From contig JALHOU010000004.1 in assembly GCA_022842825.1 (NCBI GenBank), positions 1 to 63,262 of the forward strand: 63,262 nt of DNA. Reading direction: 5' to 3'. Both the position numbers and the translations under genes were made by a program. The DNA comes from Rubrivivax sp. (GTDB taxonomy: Bacteria; Pseudomonadota; Gammaproteobacteria; Burkholderiales; Burkholderiaceae_C). Under the pieces are notes generated by a model. That model did no database searches. It saw nothing but the letters and a program-made list of their open reading frames with translations, and had not been told where the DNA came from. Shown here in pieces: positions 1 to 10,859 of this stretch. Every line of letters begins with the position of its first letter. Position 1 is the stretch's first letter.

Positions 1-74
1 ATCGTGCCAGGCCGGCTCGTTGTGCGCGTTCGTCTGGCGCGCGCGCGATCCATCGTCCCGGAGGTGTCTGCCAT
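1..74 (-). CDS. Probable 5' end of succinate dehydrogenase cytochrome b556 subunit (partial, runs off window)
   Basis: ATG at 74 reads MADTSGTMDRARARRTRTTSRPGT. The position downstream of the GntR gene divergent from mdh matches the usual mdh-GntR-sdhCDAB order in Burkholderiales. Only 24 codons are visible. Confidence 0.4.
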   Translation of the reverse strand, partial: MADTSGTMDRARARRTRTTSRPGT

Positions 75-246
75 GCCTCGTCGCCCTCGTCGTCTTGCTT
101 TGATGGGTTGGTCGACCGGTGGCCCTCGGGTGCGCGGGCCCGGCCGGCTGAACCAATGAAGTCTATTGCAATGCAGCAGGCTTACACCAAGCCAAGGGCA
201 GCGGCATGCGGCCTCGCCATGGCCAGGTCTGGCCGCTGCTCGCCCT

Positions 247-1062
247 TCAGCTCAGCTCGTTGCGATAGTGATGGCACGCGGTCTGGTAGAGCCCGCGCCG
301 CAGTTCTACGGGCCGGTCGCCATAGGTGAACGATCGCCGCTCCACCAGCAGGAGCGGCGCGCCCGGCGGCAGCTGCAGCAGTGCGGCGTCCTCGGGGCCG
401 GCGGCGACGGCGCGGATCTTCTCCTCGGCGCGGATCATGCGCACGGCGTACTCGGCCTCGAAGAGCCGGTACAGGGGCCCGCGCCACTGTTCGAGGCGGG
501 CGGCGTCGAGCCCCTTGAATTCGGCGCCCGGCAGCCACAGGTCGTCGAGCACGACCGGGGTTTCGCCGTCCAGCAGCAGCCGGCGCACTTCCACCACCGC
601 ATCGCCGGGGTCCAGGTGAAGCGCGCGCGCCACGTCGTCGCTGCTGCGCATGCGGCGGCAGTCGAGCAGGCGGCGCCGCAGCAGCGGCGGCGCACCGGCG
701 TCGGTGGCCAGGCGCAGGAAGCGATAGCGCGTACCCTCCTCGGCATGCGTGGCCACGAACGTGCCCTTGCCCTGCCTGCGTATGACGAGATTCTCGGCCG
801 CCATCTCGTCGATGGCCTTGCGCACGGTTCCCTGGCTGACCTTGAAGCGCGCGGCCAGCTCGACCTCGCTGGGGATCGGCTGCCCCGGTTGCCACTCGCC
901 CAGTTGCAGGCTGCGCAGCAGCAGCGACTTGATCTGCTGATACAGCGGCACGAAGGTCGGCAGCGCGGCCGCAGGGGCCGCTGCGGGCACGGCGGTGTCC
1001 ACGCCGCGTTCGCGCGGCGCGCCATCGCGTTGCATGGCGGCGGTTTCGGCCGGGGGCACCAT
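247..1062 (-). CDS. GntR (HutC/UTRA subfamily) transcriptional regulator, SdhR-like
   Basis: PLYQQIK...IPSEVELAARFKVSQGTVRKAIDEM...RRQGKGTFV wHTH plus UTRA C-terminus; divergent from mdh. Start uncertain (1062 or 1035). Confidence 0.9.
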   Translation of the reverse strand: MVPPAETAAMQRDGAPRERGVDTAVPAAAPAAALPTFVPLYQQIKSLLLRSLQLGEWQPGQPIPSEVELAARFKVSQGTVRKAIDEMAAENLVIRRQGKGTFVATHAEEGTRYRFLRLATDAGAPPLLRRRLLDCRRMRSSDDVARALHLDPGDAVVEVRRLLLDGETPVVLDDLWLPGAEFKGLDAARLEQWRGPLYRLFEAEYAVRMIRAEEKIRAVAAGPEDAALLQLPPGAPLLLVERRSFTYGDRPVELRRGLYQTACHHYRNELS

Positions 1063-1088
1063 CACGGCATTGTCGCGCAGCACTCTCG

Positions 1089-1102
1089 TATAAGACATAA
1101 GA
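1089..1102. promoter_or_regulatory. Putative GntR/SdhR operator half-site TATAAGACATAAGA
   Basis: AT-rich motif in the GntR-mdh divergent intergenic region. It matches one arm of the TCTTATGTCTTATATAAGACATAAGA palindrome I recall for betaproteobacterial SdhR. Confidence 0.55.
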
Positions 1103-1213
1103 GTCGCGTCAGGCCCCTCGGTAGAATCCCGCCCCCGAAACCGACCGTTCCTTCGTTTCATTCCTACACCGCGCCCGAACCCTCGTTCGATCCCCCTCTT
1201 CAGGAGCCTCCCC

Positions 1214-2200
<987 letters not shown>

Positions 2201-2271
2201 CGCCAAGCCCCGCGCGCCGCGGCTGGCCGCGCCGCGACAGCCGCGGGCCCGCACTGCGGGTCCTTCGCCAT

Positions 2272-3030
2272 TCAGGCGCCGAGCAATTGCCCGCCGTCGA
2301 CGGCCAGCACCTGCCCCGTCATCCAGCGCGCGTGCGCCGAGGCGAGGAACAACGCCACCTCGGCCACTTCCTCGGGACGGCCCATGCGCCCGAAGGGGAT
2401 CCCCTTGAGCGTGCGCTCGTAGACCGGGTCGCCGGAAGCGCGGCGCTGCGCCCACACGCCGCCTTCGAACTCGATCGAGCCGGGCGCGATCGCGTTCACG
2501 CGGATGCCCTTCTTCGCCAGCATCGCGGCCTGGCTGCCCGTGTAGCTGTTCATGGCCGCCTTCACCGCCGCGTAGGCCGGCGCCCGGGTGCTCGCTCGGT
2601 AGGCCGAGATCGATGAGACGTGGATGATCGATGCGCCCGCGGTGGACTTCTCCAGCCAGGGCAGCGCCGCGTGCGAGGCGCGCACCATCGCCATCACGTC
2701 CACGGCCAGGCCGGCGGCCCAGCCCGCCTCGTCGTCGGCCATGCCGAAGCCCGAGGCATTGTTGACGAGCACATCGATGCCGGCGAGCGCCTGCGCCGCC
2801 TCGGCCACGTAGCGCGCGACCGCGGCGCCATCGGCCAGGTCGCAGACGGCAGCGTGCACGCGACCACCGCGGCGGGCAAGTTCACCCCGTGCCGCCTCCA
2901 GCGCCGCAGCACCGCGGGCGCAGATCGAGACGTCGGCGCCTGCCAACGCAAAACCGAGCGCGATGGCACGCCCGATGCCGCGACTGCCGCCCGCCACCAC
3001 GACGCGCCGGCCCTTGAAATCAAACGACAT
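2272..3030 (-). CDS. SDR family oxidoreductase
   Basis: GGSRGIG, VLVNNAS, YAAVK catalytic motif, VNAIAPG. Confidence 0.93.
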   Translation of the reverse strand: MSFDFKGRRVVVAGGSRGIGRAIALGFALAGADVSICARGAAALEAARGELARRGGRVHAAVCDLADGAAVARYVAEAAQALAGIDVLVNNASGFGMADDEAGWAAGLAVDVMAMVRASHAALPWLEKSTAGASIIHVSSISAYRASTRAPAYAAVKAAMNSYTGSQAAMLAKKGIRVNAIAPGSIEFEGGVWAQRRASGDPVYERTLKGIPFGRMGRPEEVAEVALFLASAHARWMTGQVLAVDGGQLLGA

Positions 3031-3139
3031 CACATCCCCTCGCAACGAGCCGGTCGGAGGGCGCCGAGAATGGGGCCCGACTTCGGCACGTCATGGCGGA
3101 CCACGGCGGCCACGGCAAGTCTATCCACGAGCCCCTTCA

Positions 3140-3895
3140 ATGCTGCACCTGCCCTGGCCCGACCTCGTCGCGATGGTTTTCGCCGTGGCGCTCGGCTACA
3201 CGATGTTCGGCTTCGGCGGCTTCGGCGCCAACGTCGTCGCGCTGCCGCTGCTGGCGCACCTGATGCCGCTGCGCTTCGCGGTGCCCATGATGCTGGTGCT
3301 CGACCTGGGCGCGGCCGCCTTCCTGGGCCTGAAGAACCGGCGCCTCGTCGAGGGCCGCGAACTGCTGCGGCTGCTGCCGTGGCTGCTCGTCGGCATGTTC
3401 GTGGGCGCCACCCTGCTCGTGAAGGCCGACGAGAAGGCACTGCTCGCGCTGCTCGGCGCATTCGTCCTGGCAGTGGCGGCCTGGAGTCTCTTCGCAGCCC
3501 ATGCGACCCCGGCCGGGCCGAAGCCCGTCTCCACCCGCTGGGCACTGCCCGCCGGCGTGGGCGGCGGCGTCTTCTCGGCGCTCTTCGGCAGCGGCGGCCC
3601 GCTCTACACGATCTACCTCGCGCGCCGCGTGCCGGACCCAGCGCGCCTGCGCGCCAGCATCGCCACGCTCATCTTTGGGGCGGCCGGGGTGCGCGGCGCG
3701 CTGTTCCTGGGCAACGGCCTGCTCGCCCAGCCCGGCCTGCTGCAGACCTCGTTGGCGCTGCTTCCCGGCGCGGCGCTCGGCTACTTCCTGGGCAGCCGGC
3801 TGCACGCGCACCTGCCGGCGGCCTACGTGCGCCAGGGTGTGTGGCTGATGCTCATCGCGAGCGGCATCAGCCTGCTCTGGCGCAGCCTCGCATGA
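3140..3895 (+). CDS. Sulfite exporter TauE/SafE family membrane protein
   Basis: GFGGFG and GSGGP motifs, multiple TM segments, about 250 aa. Confidence 0.85.
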   Translation: MLHLPWPDLVAMVFAVALGYTMFGFGGFGANVVALPLLAHLMPLRFAVPMMLVLDLGAAAFLGLKNRRLVEGRELLRLLPWLLVGMFVGATLLVKADEKALLALLGAFVLAVAAWSLFAAHATPAGPKPVSTRWALPAGVGGGVFSALFGSGGPLYTIYLARRVPDPARLRASIATLIFGAAGVRGALFLGNGLLAQPGLLQTSLALLPGAALGYFLGSRLHAHLPAAYVRQGVWLMLIASGISLLWRSLA

Positions 3896-3932
3896 CGGTC
3901 GGCCGTCGACGCGCCTGACGGCGTCGGCGCCC

Positions 3933-4808
3933 TCAGCAGACCTTGCCCAGCAGGTACTCGCGGAATGCCGGGCCGAGCTCGGGGTGCTTGAGCCCGAGGT
4001 CGACATTGGCCTCGAGGAAGCCCTCGCGGCTGCCGCAGTCGTAGCGCGTGCCCACGTAGCGATAGGCATGCACCTTCTCGCGCTTGAGCAGCGCCGCGAT
4101 GCCATCGGTGAGCTGGATCTCGCCGCCCACGCCGCGCACGCCATGCGCGAGCTCATGGAAGATGCCCGGCGTCAGGATGTAGCGGCCGGCCACGCCCAGG
4201 CGCGAAGGCGCCACCTCGGGCGCCGGCTTCTCGACGATGCGACGCACGTCCACGGTGACCTTGTCGACGGCATCGCCGTCGACAATGCCGTAGCGGCGCG
4301 TCTGGTCCTGCGGCACTTCGCGCACGGCGAGGATCGAGGTACGCCACTTCTCGAACTGCTGCACCATCTGCGCCAGCACCGGCGTCTCGCCGATCATCAG
4401 GTCGTCGGCCAGAAGCACGGCGAACGGCTCGTCGTTGATGAGCCGGCTGGCGCACATCACCGCGTGACCGAGGCCGAGCGCCTGCGCCTGCCGCACGTAG
4501 ACGCACTCCATGTCGTCGGGCTTGACGCGCCGAACAACCTCGAGAAGTTCGTGCTTGCCCGACTGCTCGAGCGCCTGCTCGAGCTCCCAGGTGAGGTCGA
4601 AATGATCCTCGATGGAGCGCTTGTGGCGCCCGGTCACGAAGATCATCTCGCGCACGCCGGCGGCATAGGCCTCCTCCACGGCGTACTGGATGAGCGGCTT
4701 GTCGACGACCGGCAGCATCTCCTTGGGTTGCGCCTTGGTGGCCGGCAGGAAGCGGGTTCCGAGGCCCGCCACGGGGAAGACGGCCTTGCGGATCTGGGTC
4801 GAGATCAT
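3933..4808 (-). CDS. galU: UTP--glucose-1-phosphate uridylyltransferase
   Basis: [53 protein letters not shown]. Confidence 0.97.
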   Translation of the reverse strand: MISTQIRKAVFPVAGLGTRFLPATKAQPKEMLPVVDKPLIQYAVEEAYAAGVREMIFVTGRHKRSIEDHFDLTWELEQALEQSGKHELLEVVRRVKPDDMECVYVRQAQALGLGHAVMCASRLINDEPFAVLLADDLMIGETPVLAQMVQQFEKWRTSILAVREVPQDQTRRYGIVDGDAVDKVTVDVRRIVEKPAPEVAPSRLGVAGRYILTPGIFHELAHGVRGVGGEIQLTDGIAALLKREKVHAYRYVGTRYDCGSREGFLEANVDLGLKHPELGPAFREYLLGKVC

Positions 4809-5159
4809 CGTCGGTTCACATTCGTTGCTGGCTGCCGGGAGGGCCGGCACCACGATTCCATCCAACCCTGGCGTCAGCAGCGGGCCGGCAGGCGCATCTT
4901 GCACCATCCGTGCCATGAGCCCGCCTGGCGCGCCGTGCGGGCCCCCGAGTTTGGGGCACCCACCACGACACAGACCACATGTGGGCGGCAGGTCGACAAC
5001 TGTTTCACACCGTTGTGGCTGCGCCATGGCGACGGCGCCGCGGTACCCCGAAACCTCTCAGGGCCAGTTCGGCCTGCCCGCGTGCGCGGGGTACAGTGCG
5101 CTCCACGGGCACCTCGCGTGCACCGGCCGCTGCGTCGCACCCTGGCGCCCCTGCCGCAC

Positions 5160-6170
5160 ATGACCGAACCGTCTTCCGCCACCCACCCCCGTCTCGCGCT
5201 CTTCGACCCCGACGAGCGCGCCGTCGCCTCGTTGCCGGTATGCGACCACTACTGCGGCATCGAGGCGCGCATGCGCAAGAGCCTCGAGCTGCAAGGCCAG
5301 CTCGGCCCGGTGTTCGACGTCACGCTCGACAACGAAGACGGTGCGCCCGTGGGCGGCGAGGTCGAGCACGCGTTGCTCATCGCCGAGGTGCTCGGCTCAT
5401 CGGCCAACCGCTTCGGCCGCGTTGGCGTGCGCCTGCTGCCGGTGGATCACCCGAGCTTCACCGAGGTCGCCGCCACCGTGCTCAAGGCGAGCCAGCCGCC
5501 GGCTTACCTGATGATCCCCAAGCCGCGCGGCCTGGCCGACCTGCAGCGGGCCGGCAAGCTCGTCATCGACGCCGGCGGCGCCTCGGTGCCGCTGCATGCA
5601 CTGGTCGAGACGCACGGCGCGCTGGCCGAGGTGCATGCGATGGCCGCGCACCCGCGCGTCGAGTCGCTCAGCTTCGGCCTGTTGGACTTCGTCTCGGCGC
5701 ACCGGGGTGCCATCCCGCTGTCGGCCATGGGCGTCAACGGCCAGTTCGAGCACCCGCTCGTGGTGCGGGCCAAGCTCGAGATCGCCGCCGCCTGCCATGC
5801 CCATGGCAAGGTGCCCTCGCACTGCATCGTCACCGAGTTCCGCAACTTCGAGGCCCTGGCCCAGGCGGCGCAGCGCGCGGCGCGGCAGCTCGGCTACACG
5901 CGCATGTGGAGCATCCACCCGGCACAGGTCAAGATCATCATCGAGGCCTTCGCGCCCACCACGGCCGAGGTGGACATGGCCATCGAGATCATCGATGCAG
6001 CCGAACGTGCGCAGTGGGCGCCCATCCGCCATCGCCTGCTCGGCGAGGACCGCCTGCACGACCGCGCCAGCTACCGCTACTTCTGGCAGGTGCTGGAGCG
6101 CGCCCAACGCACGAGCAGCGCCACGGGCTCGCAGCTGCCAGCCGAGGTGCGCGAGCGCTGGTTCACCTGA
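5160..6170 (+). CDS. HpcH/HpaI aldolase / citrate lyase beta-like protein
   Basis: TLDNEDGA, LMIPK, LVETHGA, SFGLLDF, WSIHPAQ; this family is usually found near mdh in Burkholderiales. Confidence 0.9.
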   Translation: MTEPSSATHPRLALFDPDERAVASLPVCDHYCGIEARMRKSLELQGQLGPVFDVTLDNEDGAPVGGEVEHALLIAEVLGSSANRFGRVGVRLLPVDHPSFTEVAATVLKASQPPAYLMIPKPRGLADLQRAGKLVIDAGGASVPLHALVETHGALAEVHAMAAHPRVESLSFGLLDFVSAHRGAIPLSAMGVNGQFEHPLVVRAKLEIAAACHAHGKVPSHCIVTEFRNFEALAQAAQRAARQLGYTRMWSIHPAQVKIIIEAFAPTTAEVDMAIEIIDAAERAQWAPIRHRLLGEDRLHDRASYRYFWQVLERAQRTSSATGSQLPAEVRERWFT

Positions 6171-6358
6171 GCCGGAGCGGCGCCCGGCGCCGCACGAAGG
6201 CGCACCGCACCGCCGGAGCTGACGGTGGCCTGAATCGGACCGCTTGTCCTGGTCGCCGGGAGGTCATTCGTGCCGCATGGCACGCTGCCGCACTCAAGTC
6301 TTCACACTCGCGGCCGATCACCGACTGACCCCTTCTTCCATCAACCCTTCGGACATCC

Positions 6359-6502
6359 ATGATCGCCGTCCTACTCGCTCTCGTGCCCCTCCTCTTCGCC
6401 ACCGGCTGCCTCACCTGGACCATGACCATGGGGGCGCGCGAGCAGGCCCGCTCCGATGCCTGGGCCAAGGAGTGGGCGCGCAAGCAGCACGGCACGCACT
6501 GA
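6359..6502 (+). CDS. Small (47 aa) membrane protein or lipoprotein, not in the ORF track
   Basis: MIAVLLALVPLLFATGCLTWTMTMGAREQARSDAWAKEWARKQHGTH*; hydrophobic N-terminus, GC3-rich codons, GGA upstream. Confidence 0.55.
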   Translation: MIAVLLALVPLLFATGCLTWTMTMGAREQARSDAWAKEWARKQHGTH

Positions 6503-6749
6503 GCCTGCCCGTTGCGGGCCGGATGAGGGCCGCGGCAGCACCGCGCCGGTGCGGCCTCCCACGCTGCCCCTGAAGCCCGCCCCGAGGCGGGCTCACTTCG
6601 TGGGCGAAGCGACCGCGCGCTCGCCTGCGAGCCGCCCGGACGATCGAAGGCGCGTCCGCATTCCATCGCCCGCATTGCGGTTTTCCCCGCTGGCGCCTGC
6701 GCCACGCGGGTGCGAGCCTGCCGGCTCCATCGAGCCGGAGCCCTGCACC

Positions 6750-8243
6750 ATGCCGAAACACGATCGCCGTCAACACCTCCGTGCCGCGCTGGCGGCCTCT
6801 GCACTGTGCACCGCGCTGTTTGCCGGCTGTGCGAGCGGGCCCGCCGCCCCGGACGCCGCCACGCTCATCACCCGGGCCGAGCAGGCGCTCGGCGGGGCCA
6901 CAGCCACCACGCTGTCGGTCAGCGCGCGCGGCAGCGGCAACACGTTCGGCCAAGCCTTCCAGCCGGGCAACCCCTGGCCGGCGCTGAACTACTCGGTGCT
7001 TGCGCGTTCGATGAACTTCGAAACCGGGGCCATGCGCGAGGAGTTCGGCCGCAGCCGCGCCGAGCCCAACGGCGGCGGCGCCGTGCCGTTGATGGGCCAG
7101 GGCGAGCAGCGTGCCGTGGCCCTCGTGCGCGAAGGCTTCGCCTGGAACCTCGCCGGCACCGCCGCCACGGCCGCGCCGCTGGCAGTCGCAGCGCGCCAGC
7201 ATGACCTGTGGCTGAGCACGCCGCACGGCGCCATGAAGGCGGCGCGCAAGTTCAACGCCACGTCGGGCGCGCGCAGCGTCGATGGCAAGACGCTCAACAC
7301 GCTCAGCTTCGCGGTGCCCGGCGCCTTCGCCGCCATTGTCGTGCTGGCCGAGGACCACACCGTCTCGCGCATCGAATCGACGCTGCCGCACCCGGTGCTG
7401 GGCGACACCGCCGTCGTCACCACCTTCAGCGACTACCGTGACATCGGCGGCGCGCTGCGCTTTCCGATGCGTTTGCGCCAGAGCATGGGCAGCTACGAGG
7501 TCCTCGACGTCACCGCGTCGCAGGTGACCATGGGCCCGCCGGTGGACATCACCGTGCCCGACAACGTACTCAGCTTCCGCGAGACGGTCACCAGCACCCT
7601 GGTGACCGAGGGCGTGTGGTTCCTGGCCGGCGGCTCGCACAACAGCGTCGCCATCGAGATGGCCGGCGAGATCGTGCTCGTCGAGGCGCCGCTGTACGAC
7701 GGGCGCACGCTCGCCGTCTTCAACACGGCCAACGCGCTGGTGCCAGGCAAGAAGGTGGGCACGGTGATCAACTCGCACCACCACTTCGACCACGCCGGCG
7801 GCCTGCGCGCCGCGGTCGGCGAAGGGGCCACGCTCGTCGTGAGCGGGCCGGCCAAGCCTTACCTCGAGCGACTGTTCGCCAACCCCAACCGCATCGCCCC
7901 CGACCACATGGCCAAGAGCGGCAAGAGCCCGCGCATCGTCGGCTACTCGGGCAAGCACGTCATCAGCGACGGCCGCCGCACGATCGAGGTGCACGAGATC
8001 CAGGGCAGCATCCACGCCCAGGGCTTCAACCTGGTGTGGCTGCCGAAGGAGCGGCTGCTCGTCCAGGCCGATGCGTACACGCCTGGCCCGCCCAACAGCC
8101 CGCCGCCCCCGGTGCCCAACGCCAACCACGTCAACCTGGTGCAGAACATCGAGCGCCTGGGCCTCGATGTCGACCGCATCCTGCCGCTGCACAGCCGGGT
8201 CGTGCCGATGAGCGAGTTGCTCGTGGCGATCGGGCGGAAGTAG
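6750..8243 (+). CDS. MBL-fold metallo-hydrolase, predicted lipoprotein
   Basis: Lipobox LFAGC; NSHHHFDHAGG (HxHxDH), later H, D and PLH metal ligands. Confidence 0.88.
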   Translation: MPKHDRRQHLRAALAASALCTALFAGCASGPAAPDAATLITRAEQALGGATATTLSVSARGSGNTFGQAFQPGNPWPALNYSVLARSMNFETGAMREEFGRSRAEPNGGGAVPLMGQGEQRAVALVREGFAWNLAGTAATAAPLAVAARQHDLWLSTPHGAMKAARKFNATSGARSVDGKTLNTLSFAVPGAFAAIVVLAEDHTVSRIESTLPHPVLGDTAVVTTFSDYRDIGGALRFPMRLRQSMGSYEVLDVTASQVTMGPPVDITVPDNVLSFRETVTSTLVTEGVWFLAGGSHNSVAIEMAGEIVLVEAPLYDGRTLAVFNTANALVPGKKVGTVINSHHHFDHAGGLRAAVGEGATLVVSGPAKPYLERLFANPNRIAPDHMAKSGKSPRIVGYSGKHVISDGRRTIEVHEIQGSIHAQGFNLVWLPKERLLVQADAYTPGPPNSPPPPVPNANHVNLVQNIERLGLDVDRILPLHSRVVPMSELLVAIGRK

Positions 8244-8307
8244 CTCGCACCGGCCGGCCTTGGCGCGCCCCGCTCGGGGTCCTCGACCGAGTGCCACTGT
8301 CGCTTCA

Positions 8308-8424
8308 GGATCGGGACGTCGGGGTGCCCAACGCAGCGAAATCAAGGAGGCATCCGGGGGACCAGCGGAGCTGGGCCGCCGGACGAGGACATTCGCGGAG
8401 CTGGGCACCCCGTCGTCCCGATCC
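8308..8424 (+). repeat. 117-nt long-hairpin element, copy 1
   Basis: 23-nt arms GGATCGGGACGTCGGGGTGCCCA / TGGGCACCCCGTCGTCCCGATCC (22 of 23 pair) enclose the core GCGAAATCAAGGAGGCATCCGGGGGACCAGCGGAGCTGGGCCGCCGGACGAGGACATTCGC, shared with the copies at 25154 and 25350. Confidence 0.9.
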
Positions 8425-8471
8425 CGCCACCGCCCATGGAAGAGCCCGATCGGGACCGCGCCCGCGCAGGG

Positions 8472-9932
8472 TCAACGCAGCTCCGGCGCAATCGCCTCCA
8501 CGTAGTCCACCAGCGTCTCCAGCAGCGCACTCGCCCGCTCGTCCTCGCGCTCGCCCGCCGCCTCGGCCAGCGCATCGATGCGCTCCAGCGTCGCCGCCAC
8601 GGTCGGCAGCCCCCCCGCGCCGCCGTGCAGCCGCTGCACGCGCAACTGCAGCCAACGCTCCTGCTCGTCCGCGTCGAGCGTGTCGGGGAAGTTGCGTGCC
8701 CGGTAGCGGAAGAGCAACTCCTCCAGCCGCCCGTCCTGGAAGGCGACGCGCCCCTCGGCCACCTTCTGCGCCAGCGCCGGCGGGCTCAGCTGGCGGAGCC
8801 GGTTCAGCAGCCGCCGGTCGTCGTTGCCGATGAACCCGCCGTAAAGGTCCTCGTCCACATCGGGGGCGACGCCCGCGGGCTCACGCCTGAACACCTGCTC
8901 CCACAGCTCCCGTTGGTCGGGCAGGGCCGCCGCCTTCTCCGCGTGCCGCATGGCCATCGCCAGGTCGAGGCCAAAGCGCTGCTCAGCGTTGCCCAGCCGC
9001 GTGACATGGCCGATCACCACCGGCGACTTGTTGACATGGATGGTCTTGATCGGCAGCCGCGCCTCGCCCTCGGGCAGTTCGTCGGCGCGCGTGTACAGGC
9101 GCCGCTTCGCACTCTCGGCATCGAGCCGCTCAAGCTCGCCGGGGTCGTGCGCCAAGTCCCACACGATGAGCTCATTCTTGTTCACCGGGTGCGGCGCCAG
9201 AGGCCAGACGATGGCCAGACAGCCGCGCTCCACCGGGTACATGCCCGACAGGTGCAGGAACGGCTTGCCGACGCCGATCTCGGCCCACACCGCCTCCTTG
9301 CGGCGCAGCCTGAGGCAGAAGTCCCACAGCGCCGGCCGCCGCTGGTGGATGAGCCGCGCCAGCGAGAGGGTGGCGCGCACGTCCGAGAGCGCATCGTGCG
9401 CCGCCTCGTGCGCCAGGCCGTTGGCGCGCGTCAGCAGCTCGAGCTTGAAGCTCGGCCGGCCGTCCTCGCCCACCGGCCACTCGATGCCTTCGGGCCGCAG
9501 CGCCCAGCAGGTGCGCACCACGTCGAGCAGGTCCCAGCGGCCGCAGCCGTTGCTCCACTCGCGCGCGTAGGGGTCGATGAGGTTGCGCCAGAAGAGATGG
9601 CGCGTCACCTCGTCGTCGAAGCGAATGCTGTTGTAGCCCACGCCCACCGTGCCCTCGCGCGCCAGCTCGCTCTCGATGCGGGCGGCGAATTCGCGCTCCG
9701 GCACGCCGCGTGCCAACGCCTGCTGCGGCGTGATGCCCGTGAGCAGCACGCTCTCGGGGTCGGGCAGCGTGTCGGGCGCGGGCTGGCAGAAGAGAGTCAG
9801 CGGCTCGCCGATCTCGTTGAGTTCGGCATCGGCACGCACGCCCGCGAACTGCGCCGGGCGGTCGCGGCGCGGCACGCGTCCGAAGGTCTCGTAGTCGTGC
9901 CAGAAGAAGGTGAGTGGTGCAGGGCCGGCCAT
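8472..9932 (-). CDS. sbcB: Exodeoxyribonuclease I
   Basis: FFWHDYETFG, DRPAQFAG, GYNSIRFDDEV, AHDALSDVRAT, LLFRYRARNFP. Confidence 0.97.
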   Translation of the reverse strand: MAGPAPLTFFWHDYETFGRVPRRDRPAQFAGVRADAELNEIGEPLTLFCQPAPDTLPDPESVLLTGITPQQALARGVPEREFAARIESELAREGTVGVGYNSIRFDDEVTRHLFWRNLIDPYAREWSNGCGRWDLLDVVRTCWALRPEGIEWPVGEDGRPSFKLELLTRANGLAHEAAHDALSDVRATLSLARLIHQRRPALWDFCLRLRRKEAVWAEIGVGKPFLHLSGMYPVERGCLAIVWPLAPHPVNKNELIVWDLAHDPGELERLDAESAKRRLYTRADELPEGEARLPIKTIHVNKSPVVIGHVTRLGNAEQRFGLDLAMAMRHAEKAAALPDQRELWEQVFRREPAGVAPDVDEDLYGGFIGNDDRRLLNRLRQLSPPALAQKVAEGRVAFQDGRLEELLFRYRARNFPDTLDADEQERWLQLRVQRLHGGAGGLPTVAATLERIDALAEAAGEREDERASALLETLVDYVEAIAPELR

Positions 9933-9954
9933 GCGGGCACGATAGCAGCGGCCG

Positions 9955-10800
9955 CTACCGCCGCAGCAGCACCAGCGCCGCCGCCCCCAGCACGAGCACG
10001 AAGCCGAGCCAGTCGAGCCCGCTCGGCCGGTCGCCGACGAGCGCCATCGCGCCGAGCACCCCCACCACCGGCACCGCCAGCACTGTGAGCGAAGACACGG
10101 TCGCGCTCGCACTGTCGAGCAGCCGATACCACAGCACGTAGGCAAAGGCCGTCGCCACGACGATGTGGTAACCGAGTGCCACCGCCGACGCGGTCGAGAG
10201 GTGGCGCGGCCACGTTTCGTCTGCAAGCCAGGTGGCACAGGCGCCGCACAGGCTGCCCAGTGCAAGCTGCCAGGCCGTGGCGACGACGCGGTCGTGCACG
10301 GGCGGCAGCTTCTTCGTGACGATGGTGCCAAGCGCCCAGGCCAGCGCCGCCCCGAGCGCGAAGAGCGGCCCCAGCAGCGATGCCCCCGACGAGCCGCGCA
10401 ACGCCGGCCACGCCAGCAGCGCGATGCCAAGCGCCCCCAACGCCACCGCGATGCCGCCACGCCGGCCCGGCCGCTCGCCGAGCAAGGCCCAGGCGAGCAG
10501 CGCCGACATCGTGGGCATCGTGTACGTCAGCACCGCGGCGCGCGACGTGGTGGTGTTGAGCTGCGCGAAGGCGGTGCAGAAGTTGAAGGCGGCGATCGTC
10601 AGCGCCCCGGCCACGGCGATGCCGGCCCAGCTTTCGCGCGGTGGCACGAGGCGGCGACCCTGCAGCGCCGCGAACATCAGCAGCAGCAGTGCCGCCGTGC
10701 CCAGCCCGGTGGTGCGCGCCGCGAAGGGCGGCACCTCGCCAAGCACGATCTTGATGGCCGGCCAGTTGAGCCCCCAGGTCAGCGCCAGCAGCAGCGCCAT
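9955..10800 (-). CDS. DMT/EamA family transporter
   Basis: WGLNWPAIK, two EamA repeats, about 10 TM segments. Start could be slightly upstream (about 10863). Confidence 0.88.
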   Translation of the reverse strand: MALLLALTWGLNWPAIKIVLGEVPPFAARTTGLGTAALLLLMFAALQGRRLVPPRESWAGIAVAGALTIAAFNFCTAFAQLNTTTSRAAVLTYTMPTMSALLAWALLGERPGRRGGIAVALGALGIALLAWPALRGSSGASLLGPLFALGAALAWALGTIVTKKLPPVHDRVVATAWQLALGSLCGACATWLADETWPRHLSTASAVALGYHIVVATAFAYVLWYRLLDSASATVSSLTVLAVPVVGVLGAMALVGDRPSGLDWLGFVLVLGAAALVLLRR

Positions 10801-10859
10801 CGGCCACAGCGCCGGCTTCGCGCGCGCCGCGGCGGCCTGGCCCGCGGCGCCGGCGGTGC

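Noticed and set aside
6574-6593. GC hairpin AGCCCGCC-CCGA-GGCGGGCT as a terminator
   Set aside because: No convincing U-tract on either strand, so it was not called.
8308-8424. Hairpin element as SRP (4.5S) RNA, 6S RNA or tRNA
   Set aside because: The length is similar to 4.5S RNA, but it lacks the CAGG...GGAA...AGCAG domain IV motif. It is too short for 6S, has no cloverleaf, and is multicopy.
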